Below, one piece after another: positions 45,792 to 53,510 of a stretch of DNA of 64,000 nucleotides. The DNA is from Acidobacteriota bacterium (GTDB taxonomy: Bacteria > Acidobacteriota > Vicinamibacteria > Vicinamibacterales > JAKQTR01), in NCBI GenBank assembly GCA_026393755.1, contig JAPKZO010000039.1, forward strand, positions 134,096 to 198,095. Direction: 5' to 3'. Below the pieces are notes generated by a model. It did no database searches. It was given only the letters and a program-made list of their open reading frames with translations, and was not told where the DNA came from. Position numbers and translations under genes: made by a program. Each line of letters starts with the position of its first letter. The stretch's first letter is position 1.

Positions 45792-46820
45792 ATGGTCAGG
45801 ATTTTCCGATTTGCCATCATCGCGTTCTTCATCTCTGTCGGCGCGGGCATGGCTCAGACGCAGGCTCCGGCCGCGGCGGCGGCGCCAGGCTGGCACGGCA
45901 AGGGCAGGATGGGCGGCAGAGTCATCGACGAGGCGGGAAAGCTCGTCCCGGGCGTGACGATCAAGTTCCAGTTCATTCCCGCCAATGCGGGTCCCGAGGT
46001 CGTGACCGACGCCAAGGGAGAATGGAGACTCCAGAACATCGCCGAAGGCATGTGGTCGCTGCAGTACTGGAAGGACGGGTTCGACCCGCGAATGATCCCG
46101 GTTCAGGTCGGCGGCAAGGTCAAGGAACCCCTCATCGAACTGAAGATGACCAAAGAGGGCACCGATCCCAGCTTCGCGGTGCCGTACGGCAATGATCAGG
46201 CACGGGCCCTGATCGGACAGAAGAAGGTTGCCGAAGCCAAGGCGGTCTATGCGAAGCTGCTCGCGACCTATCCCACGTACAATCGCCTGCATCTGGCGCT
46301 CTCGCAGTGCCTGGACATGGAAGGCAAGTTCGCCGAGTCCGCCGCCGAGCTGCAGCTGTATGTCACGGCGAACCCGACTGACGTGCGCGTCAAGACCTAT
46401 CTCGGCACGGAGTACATCAAGGCGAAGCAGTACGCTGAAGCGTGGCAGGTCTACTCTTCGATCGATCTGACGCAAATCACCGATCCGCTCGACCTCAACG
46501 ACCCGGGGTTCATGCTGCTGCGAGCCTCCAAGTCAGACGAGGCCTACAAGTACTTCAACCTCGCCGTCACGCGGTTCCCGGAGGAAGCGTCCGGCTACTA
46601 CTACCGGGGCGTCGCGTCGCGGCACTTCGCCGGGACCATCGACAAGACCAAGACGGCCGAAATCAAGACGCACCTGATCGCGGCGCAGGGCGACATGACC
46701 AAGTTCCTCGAGATGGCCGGGCCCACCGCCGCCACTGCGGACGACACGACCAAGCAGAACATGACGATGGCCAAACAGGTGGTGGACGAGATCGCAAAGT
46801 TGCTGACGCAATTGAAGTAG
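45792..46820 (+). CDS. Secreted protein with a carboxypeptidase-regulatory-like (CarboxypepD_reg) domain and TPR repeats
   Basis: Signal peptide MVRIFRFAIIAFFISVGAGMA. GRVIDEAGKLVPGVTIKF...KGEWRLQNIAEGMWSLQYWKDGF is the prealbumin-like fold motif. TPR-like helices follow. Confidence 0.7.
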   Translation: MVRIFRFAIIAFFISVGAGMAQTQAPAAAAAPGWHGKGRMGGRVIDEAGKLVPGVTIKFQFIPANAGPEVVTDAKGEWRLQNIAEGMWSLQYWKDGFDPRMIPVQVGGKVKEPLIELKMTKEGTDPSFAVPYGNDQARALIGQKKVAEAKAVYAKLLATYPTYNRLHLALSQCLDMEGKFAESAAELQLYVTANPTDVRVKTYLGTEYIKAKQYAEAWQVYSSIDLTQITDPLDLNDPGFMLLRASKSDEAYKYFNLAVTRFPEEASGYYYRGVASRHFAGTIDKTKTAEIKTHLIAAQGDMTKFLEMAGPTAATADDTTKQNMTMAKQVVDEIAKLLTQLK

Positions 46821-46861
46821 TCGCTCTTCCCGGGCGCGCGCGGCACCTGGATGCTCCTCTC

Positions 46862-46895
46862 ACGACCCTGGCCGGCTTCTGCCGGCCGGGGTCGT
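46862..46895 (+). terminator. Strong hairpin (15-bp stem, one G-U pair) after the TPR protein gene
   Basis: ACGACCCTGGCCGGC-ttct-GCCGGCCGGGGTCGT lies 42 nt after the stop. The U-tract is weak (TCGTGT). Confidence 0.45.
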
Positions 46896-46947
46896 TCGTG
46901 TACGGCAGAACTTGACACCAGCTCGCGCTCCATGCTCGTATTGGAGC

Positions 46948-47295
46948 ATGTGGCGGGTTCTTCGGTGCGCCGCGATTGCGTACCTGGCGGTGGCGATGCT
47001 CAACGCCACGGCTGGCGTCTGTCTCTGCCGCGACAGGGGCCCCGATTCCCCCACTCATCAGCCCGAATCCCAAAGCTGCTGCCATCGCCACGCGCCGGTG
47101 GTCGGCGGAACCGGGATGACGTGCTGCCACATTGAGCTCGTGCCGCGCGCCGCGACGTCTCCCGATGTCGTGGTTGTCGCGCCGCCCCTGTTCGTCTCGA
47201 CGCCGGTCGCCACGTGCGACGCCCGCATCGATGCCCGCCCTGTGAAGGCGTTGACGTGCGGTTCATCCCCACCTGTCCGAATCTTGCGCGTCTGA
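46948..47295 (+). CDS. Small membrane-anchored Cys/His-rich protein upstream of cusC (czcI-like position)
   Basis: ORF 46912..47295. From ATG 46948 it reads MWRVLRCAAIAYLAVAML (an anchor), then CLC, CCHRH and TCCH motifs, with 9 Cys in total. It is on the same strand and 136 nt upstream of the efflux operon. No family was recognised. Confidence 0.45.
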   Translation: MWRVLRCAAIAYLAVAMLNATAGVCLCRDRGPDSPTHQPESQSCCHRHAPVVGGTGMTCCHIELVPRAATSPDVVVVAPPLFVSTPVATCDARIDARPVKALTCGSSPPVRILRV

Positions 47296-47430
47296 TTCGC
47301 CCTGACGCCGGAGGAGTGCCTGTCCTTCGGCTTGCCCTGCTGTTTCTCATTGCGTGTGTGTAACAGGTTTCGTACGCCGGCGCCTGCCGCGTACGGGGTG
47401 ACGGGTCCGCCGTCGCGGCGTGGAGGATTC

Positions 47431-48795
47431 ATGAACGCGGTCTCGATTCGGAAAGTGATTCCGGCGGTAGTGGTGACGCTGCTGCTCGTGGCGCCGTGGG
47501 CCGCCGCAGGCCAGGACGCCCGGCCTCAGCCCGGAGCCGATCCGGTCCTGGAGGCGCTAGTCGCCGAGGCGTTGGCGCGCAATCCTGACGTGGCCGCCGC
47601 ACAGGCGGCTATCAAGGCGGCGCACGCTCGCCCGGGTCAAGTCGGCGCACTGCCCGATCCGATGGTCTCTTTGATCTTGACGAACGACGGCTGGGCACCG
47701 AGCCTCGGCAGCATGCCAATGACGACGCTTGGGTTGATGGCGAGTCAGGAGCTGCCCTACCCGGGTAAGCGACAGCAGCGCATGGAGGTGGCGATGAGCG
47801 AAGCCCGCCAGGGCGAGCCGCAGCTGACCCGTACGAGGCTCGCGATTGAGGCCGCTGTGACGCGCGCCTACTACGGGCTGCTCCTCGCTCGCGAACTGGC
47901 CGAGCTCACGAAGGAACAACGCGAACTGTGGCGGCAGGTGGAGGTGGTCACCAGGGCGCGCTACGCCGTCGGCGAGGGCGCCCAGCAGGACGTGCTGCGC
48001 GTCCAGGTCGAAGTGACCCGCATCGAACAGCGCGCAATCGAACAGGCATCCGAAGCGGAATTGCGGCTCGCTGAGCTGAATCGTCTCCTGGCGCGGCCGA
48101 TCGAGGCACGCATCGAAACGTCAGCCAAGCTCGCACTTCACCCGATGACCGCATCGCTGCCAGACATGATCGAACAGGCCCGCACCTCCAGCCCGGACCT
48201 CGCCGCGGCCAGACTCGCCGTGGCCACGGAGCGGTCGGTCCTCGCCCTTGCCAAGCTCGACTTCAAGCCCGACTTCTCCGTTCAAGCCAGCTACATGAAC
48301 CGGGGGGGCCTGAGTCCGATGTGGCTGGCCGGCGTCGGGGTGAGCTGGCCGTTCAACAAGGCGAAACGCCAAAGCGCCGTTGCCGAATCGCAGCTGCGGT
48401 CAGAACGCGACGACCGGGTGATTGAGTCGATTGAACTGCAGTTGCGTTTGCGGACGCAGGAACGATACACGCGAGCCCGGACCGCCGAGAAGATCGTCGA
48501 CCTCTACGATCAGGGCATTGTCCCGCAGGACCGCATGACGGTCGAGGCCGCGATCGCCAATTACCAGTCCGGCCGCGTGCCGTTTGTGTCGGTGCTCGAG
48601 GCGATGACATCCCTCTATGCGGACCGCTGGACACGGGAGACCCTCATCACCGACCACGCACGACTGCTCGCAAGCATCAAGGAAGCCAGCCTCGAGGCGT
48701 CACCAGAAATGGCGGCAGTCGGGGCCGTGACCGCGGCCCAGCCATCCGGAGTGCCGGGTGCGATGGGTGGGGGCATGGCAGGGCGCCAGGAGTAA
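47431..48795 (+). CDS. cusC: TolC-family outer membrane efflux protein (CusC/CzcC-like)
   Basis: The RBS GGAGG precedes the ATG at 47431, and a signal peptide is present. There are two repeated alpha/beta halves with the typical LxxAxxxNP(D/E)L motifs (ALARNPDVAAAQAA; ARTSSPDLAAARLA). Confidence 0.8.
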   Translation: MNAVSIRKVIPAVVVTLLLVAPWAAAGQDARPQPGADPVLEALVAEALARNPDVAAAQAAIKAAHARPGQVGALPDPMVSLILTNDGWAPSLGSMPMTTLGLMASQELPYPGKRQQRMEVAMSEARQGEPQLTRTRLAIEAAVTRAYYGLLLARELAELTKEQRELWRQVEVVTRARYAVGEGAQQDVLRVQVEVTRIEQRAIEQASEAELRLAELNRLLARPIEARIETSAKLALHPMTASLPDMIEQARTSSPDLAAARLAVATERSVLALAKLDFKPDFSVQASYMNRGGLSPMWLAGVGVSWPFNKAKRQSAVAESQLRSERDDRVIESIELQLRLRTQERYTRARTAEKIVDLYDQGIVPQDRMTVEAAIANYQSGRVPFVSVLEAMTSLYADRWTRETLITDHARLLASIKEASLEASPEMAAVGAVTAAQPSGVPGAMGGGMAGRQE

Positions 48796-50237
48796 TGACG
48801 ATGAAACGGATCACACGAAACGGAATGGTCGCAGCGGTGCTGGTGATGATCGTGGCCGGTGGCCTGACGTGGGCCGGCTGCCGCCGGGCGGCCCAGTCTG
48901 GAACGCCTGCGGCTGGTGCACACGCGGCGAAGTACCACTGCCCGATGCATCGCACGGTGGTGTCGGATGTTCCAGGCGACTGCCCGATCTGCGGCATGAG
49001 GCTGGTGCCGATCGAGCCCGCTACCCAACCGGCGCCAGCGGCCCAGGCGGCGCCCGCGACCGGAAGCCGCCGAATCCTGTTTTACCGATCGCCGATGGAC
49101 CCGAGCGTCCACTCAGACACACCCTCGAAGGACAGCATGGGCATGGACTTTCTGCCGGTCTACGAGGACGAGACCGCGGCGTCAGCCGGCGCCGTGGCCG
49201 GGCGGGCGCTCGTGTCGCTGACGCCTGAACGACGCAACCTGTTGGGCCTCCGCAGTGCGGACGTTCGCCTGATGCGCATCGAAAAGACGCTTCGGACCGT
49301 GGGCCGTGTGACAGCGGACGAGCGGCGCCTCGCCCACTTCCACACCAGGTTCGAGGGCACGGTCGAACGCCTGTACGTCGACTTCACGGGCATGTACGTG
49401 AAGAAGGGCGACCCCATGCTGGCGATCTACAGCCCGGACCTGGTCGCGACCCAGCAGGAGTACCTGCTCGCGCTGCGGGCGCGGAAGCAGCTCGGGTCGA
49501 GCGTGATCCCGTCGGTGGCGCAGGGCAGCGCGGACCTGCTGGAGGCGGCCCGACAACGCCTGCTCCAGTGGGACATCCGCCCGCAGGACATCGCCGAGGT
49601 CGAACGCACCGGCACGGTCAGGCGCACCTTCGACCTGTACTCCGAGGTCAACGGGTACGTCGTTCAGAAGAACGTCGTTCTCGGCATGCGCGTGATGCCA
49701 GCAGACACGCTCTTCGATCTCGCCGATCTCTCGCGCGTGTGGGTGCTCGCCGACGTCTACGAATCGGATCTGTCGACAGTACGGCTCGGGATGATGGCCG
49801 ACGTGACGCTGTCGTACCAGCCGGGAACGGCGTGGCGCGGCGCGGTCACGAATGTCGCCCCGACGGTTGAGGAGAAGACCCGCACGATCAAGGTTCGGAT
49901 CGAGGTCAACAACGCCAACGGTGCGCTCAAGCCCGACATGTACACGGATGTCCGCCTGCACACCGACATGGGCATGGGCCTGGTCGTGCCCGACAGCGCG
50001 ATTATCGACACGGGGGATCGCAAACTCGTGTTTCTCGACCGCCCCGACGGCGCCCTCGAACCCCGGGAGGTCGAAGTCGGCGTCAGAATCCCGGACGGCT
50101 ACCAGGTGCTGCGGGGCCTGGCACAAGGCGACCGCGTCGTGACCGCCGCCAACTTCCTCCTCGACTCGGAGTCGAGCTTGAATGCCGCCATCTCGGCCCT
50201 CACGTCGCAGGCGGCGCCAGGCCGCCAGAAGCGTTGA
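48795..50237 (+). CDS. cusB: RND efflux periplasmic adaptor (CusB/CzcB-like) with an N-terminal heavy-metal-binding domain
   Basis: The start overlaps the cusC stop (TAATG). YHCPMHRTVVSDVPGDCPICGMRLVP is the HMBD motif, and the protein continues with MFP barrel-sandwich and beta-barrel regions. Confidence 0.85.
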   Translation: MTMKRITRNGMVAAVLVMIVAGGLTWAGCRRAAQSGTPAAGAHAAKYHCPMHRTVVSDVPGDCPICGMRLVPIEPATQPAPAAQAAPATGSRRILFYRSPMDPSVHSDTPSKDSMGMDFLPVYEDETAASAGAVAGRALVSLTPERRNLLGLRSADVRLMRIEKTLRTVGRVTADERRLAHFHTRFEGTVERLYVDFTGMYVKKGDPMLAIYSPDLVATQQEYLLALRARKQLGSSVIPSVAQGSADLLEAARQRLLQWDIRPQDIAEVERTGTVRRTFDLYSEVNGYVVQKNVVLGMRVMPADTLFDLADLSRVWVLADVYESDLSTVRLGMMADVTLSYQPGTAWRGAVTNVAPTVEEKTRTIKVRIEVNNANGALKPDMYTDVRLHTDMGMGLVVPDSAIIDTGDRKLVFLDRPDGALEPREVEVGVRIPDGYQVLRGLAQGDRVVTAANFLLDSESSLNAAISALTSQAAPGRQKR

Positions 50238-50246
50238 GGATCGGCC

Positions 50247-53200
50247 ATGATTCACGCCATCATCCGCTTCAGCGCCCATAACCGGCTTCTGGTGCTGCTC
50301 GCCACGGCGGTCGTCGTGGCCTACGGCGTCTACACGCTGCAGCACATTCCGATCGACGCCATCCCGGATCTGTCGGACACCCAGGTCATCATCTACTCGC
50401 GGTGGGACCGCAGCCCCGACATCATCGAGGATCAGGTCACGTACCCGATCGTCTCGGCGATGCTCGGCACGCCGAAGGTGAAGACGATCCGCGGGTTCTC
50501 GGACTTCGGCTTCAGCTACGTCTACGTCATCTTCCAGGACGGCACCGACATCTACTGGGCGCGCAGCCGCGTGCTCGAGTACCTGTCGAAGATTCAGCCG
50601 CTGCTCCCGAGCGGCGTGAAGACCGAGATCGGCCCCGACGCGACGGGGGTCGGCTGGGTGTTCCAGTATGCGCTGGTCGACGATTCGGGCACGCAGTCGC
50701 TGGCCGATCTTCGGACGCTCCAGGACTGGAACCTGCGCTACCGGCTGCAATCGGTGCCGGGAGTCGCTGAGGTTGCCTCGATTGGCGGGTTTGTCCAGCA
50801 GTACCAGGTCACCGTCGATCCGAACCGCCTGAAGACGTATGACCTTGCGGTGATGGACGTCTCCGACGCGGTGCGGACCAGCAACAGTGAGGTCGGCGGC
50901 CGCCTGCTGGAGCTCGCGGGCAAGGAGTTCATGGTCCGCGGGCGTGGATACGTCAAGTCGAAGGGCGACCTTGAACAGATTGTGCTCAAGACCGACGCAC
51001 TCGGCACGCCCGTGCTTCTGCGCGACGTCGCCAACGTCGCCATCGGTCCCGAAATGCGCCGCGGCGTCTCTGATCTGGACGGCACCGGCGAGGCGGTCGG
51101 CGGCATCATCGTCATGCGCCACGCGGAGAACGCGCGCGAGGTCATCGGACGAGTCAAGGCGCGCCTCAAGGAACTCGAGACGTCCCTTCCGAAGGGCGTC
51201 CGGTTCGTGACCACGTACGATCGGTCGCAGTTGATCGACGAGTCGATTGCCAATCTCCGCCACGAGCTCCTCATGGAGATCGCCATCGTCAGCCTCGTCA
51301 TTCTGCTTTTCCTCTGGCACATCCCGTCGGCCATCGTCCCGATCATCACAATTCCCGTATCCGTGCTGCTGGCGTTCATTCCCATGCGGATGATGGGCAT
51401 TTCGTCGAACATCATGTCGCTGGCGGGCATCGCCATCTCCATCGGCGTGCTGGTAGACGGGGCCATCGTGGAGGTCGAGAACGCGTACAAGAAGCTCGAA
51501 CTCTGGCAGGAAGGCGGGCGCCAGGGCGACTATCACGCCGTGCGGCTCGAGGCGCTGCTTGAAGTGGGCCCGTCGGTGTTCTTTTCGCTGCTGGTGATCG
51601 CGGTGGCGTTCCTGCCGATTTTCACCTTGGTGGATCAGGAAGGCCGCCTGTTCACGCCGCTTGCCTGGACCAAGAACCTCACGCTGTTCATCGCGGCGAT
51701 GCTCGCGGTGACACTCGATCCGGCCCTCCGCATGCTCTTCACACGGATGGACTTCCCGACCTGGCGTCCCCGATTCCTGTCGTGGCTGGTCGGGCAGGTG
51801 ACGGTGGGCCGTTACTACGCGGAAGAGAAGCACCCGATCAGCCGGATGCTGTTCTGGATCTATGAGCCTGCATGCCGCCTGGTGCTGCGCTTTCCCAAGG
51901 CGACGATCGTGACGGCCGTGCTGATTGTCGTGTCCACGATCCCGATCTACCAGAAGCTGGGACACGAATTCATGCCGGCGCTGAACGAAGGCACGATCCT
52001 GTACATGCCGACGACGCTGCCGGGCATTTCGGTGAGCGAGGCGAGTCGACTGCTCCAGACGCAGGATCGGATTCTTAAGTCGTTTCCTGAGGTCGTGTCG
52101 GTGTTCGGCAAAGCCGGCCGCGCGGAGACGTCGACCGATCCCGCGCCGTTCTCGATGATGGAGACGACAGTCATCCTGAAGCCGCCGGCCGAGTGGCGGC
52201 CGAAAGTGCGCTGGTACTCCGACCGGGCGCCCGAGTGGCTCCAGGCGTTCCTGTTGCGCCGCATCTGGGCGGACCGCATCTCCTGGACCGAACTCACCGA
52301 TCAGATGGATGCCGCCTTGAAGATCCCCGGCACGACGAATGCCTGGACCATGCCCATCAAGGCGCGGATCGACATGCTCACCACCGGCGTGCGGACGCCG
52401 GTGGGCATCAAGGTGTTCGGTGCCGACGTGAAGCAGATTGAGGCTATCGGAGCGCGCCTCGAGGAGATCCTCCGCGCCGTGCCGGGCACGCGCAGCGTGT
52501 TCGCGGAGCGCGCCGCCGGCGGGTACTTCGTTGATTTCGATCTGAATCGGGAGGCGCTGGCCCGGTACGGTTTGTCGGTGGGCGCGGTGCAGGATGTCAT
52601 CATGTCGGCGGTCGGCGGCGAAAATGTCACCACTACGATCGAGGGCCGCGCGAGGTTCCCGGTCAACGTCCGGTACCCCCGCGCCTTGCGCGACGATCTC
52701 GATCGCCTCGGCCAGGTGCTGGTGATGACGCCGTCTGGCGCGCAGATCCCATTGGCGCAGGTGGCCGCCATACGCACCTTGACCGGCCCATCGATGATTC
52801 GCAACGAGAACGGGCTGCTCGCCGGCTACGTGTTCGTGGATATGACGGATAGCGACGTGGGAGGCTATGTGGAGCGCGCCCGCGCAGCGGTCGCCGCGAA
52901 GTTGACGCTGCCGAGCGGCTACTCGCTCGAGTGGAGCGGCCAGTACGAGAACATGCTGCGGGTGCGCGAGCGGCTGAAGGTGGTTGTCCCGATCACGCTG
53001 TTCCTGATCTTCTTCCTGCTCTACATGAACACGAAGTCCGCCTTCAAGGCGTCCGTCGTGATGCTGGCCGTGCCGTTCTCTGTCGTGGGCGCGGTGTGGC
53101 TGATGTACGTGCTCGGCTACAACGTGTCGATCGCCGCGTGGGTGGGCATGATCGCGCTCATGGGCCTCGATGCCGAAACCGGCGTCTTCATGCTGTTGTT

Positions 53201-53510
53201 CCTCGACCTCTCGTACGAAGAGGCGCGAGTGAAGGGGCGGCTGGCCACGCGGGAGGACTTGCACACGGCCATCATTCACGGCGCGGTCAAGCGCGTGCGC
53301 CCGAAGATGATGACGGTGGCGGCCGCCATGATGGGTCTGATGCCGATCATGTGGTCGATGGGCACGGGTGCCGACGTCATGAAACGCGTGGCGGCGCCCA
53401 TGGTGGGCGGGTTGGTCACGTCCTTCGCGATGGAGTTGCTGGTGTATCCGGCGATCTACCTGCTCTGGAAGCGGAGGTCCGTGCCGAAGAACGTGGATGC
53501 TACCGGCTGA
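50247..53510 (+). CDS. cusA: Heavy-metal efflux RND pump (CusA/CzcA family)
   Basis: 1087 aa with the typical HME-RND N-terminus MIHAIIRFSAHNRLLVLLATAVV and 12 TM segments. Contains LPKGVRFVTTYDRS, AGIAISIGVLVDGAIV, MGLDAETGVFML. Confidence 0.95.
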   Translation: MIHAIIRFSAHNRLLVLLATAVVVAYGVYTLQHIPIDAIPDLSDTQVIIYSRWDRSPDIIEDQVTYPIVSAMLGTPKVKTIRGFSDFGFSYVYVIFQDGTDIYWARSRVLEYLSKIQPLLPSGVKTEIGPDATGVGWVFQYALVDDSGTQSLADLRTLQDWNLRYRLQSVPGVAEVASIGGFVQQYQVTVDPNRLKTYDLAVMDVSDAVRTSNSEVGGRLLELAGKEFMVRGRGYVKSKGDLEQIVLKTDALGTPVLLRDVANVAIGPEMRRGVSDLDGTGEAVGGIIVMRHAENAREVIGRVKARLKELETSLPKGVRFVTTYDRSQLIDESIANLRHELLMEIAIVSLVILLFLWHIPSAIVPIITIPVSVLLAFIPMRMMGISSNIMSLAGIAISIGVLVDGAIVEVENAYKKLELWQEGGRQGDYHAVRLEALLEVGPSVFFSLLVIAVAFLPIFTLVDQEGRLFTPLAWTKNLTLFIAAMLAVTLDPALRMLFTRMDFPTWRPRFLSWLVGQVTVGRYYAEEKHPISRMLFWIYEPACRLVLRFPKATIVTAVLIVVSTIPIYQKLGHEFMPALNEGTILYMPTTLPGISVSEASRLLQTQDRILKSFPEVVSVFGKAGRAETSTDPAPFSMMETTVILKPPAEWRPKVRWYSDRAPEWLQAFLLRRIWADRISWTELTDQMDAALKIPGTTNAWTMPIKARIDMLTTGVRTPVGIKVFGADVKQIEAIGARLEEILRAVPGTRSVFAERAAGGYFVDFDLNREALARYGLSVGAVQDVIMSAVGGENVTTTIEGRARFPVNVRYPRALRDDLDRLGQVLVMTPSGAQIPLAQVAAIRTLTGPSMIRNENGLLAGYVFVDMTDSDVGGYVERARAAVAAKLTLPSGYSLEWSGQYENMLRVRERLKVVVPITLFLIFFLLYMNTKSAFKASVVMLAVPFSVVGAVWLMYVLGYNVSIAAWVGMIALMGLDAETGVFMLLFLDLSYEEARVKGRLATREDLHTAIIHGAVKRVRPKMMTVAAAMMGLMPIMWSMGTGADVMKRVAAPMVGGLVTSFAMELLVYPAIYLLWKRRSVPKNVDATG

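Noticed and set aside
45585-46475. 296-aa minus-strand ORF overlapping the CarboxypepD_reg/TPR gene
   Set aside because: The plus-strand ORF has a signal peptide, a recognisable prealbumin-like domain motif and TPR helices. The minus-strand ORF is Arg/Leu/Gly-rich without motifs.
49182-53279. 1365-aa ORF on the minus strand covering cusB/cusA
   Set aside because: It is antisense to an unmistakable CusA RND pump. Its composition is extreme (Arg/His/Gly/Asp-rich) with no motifs. This is the typical stop-free shadow ORF of a high-GC gene.
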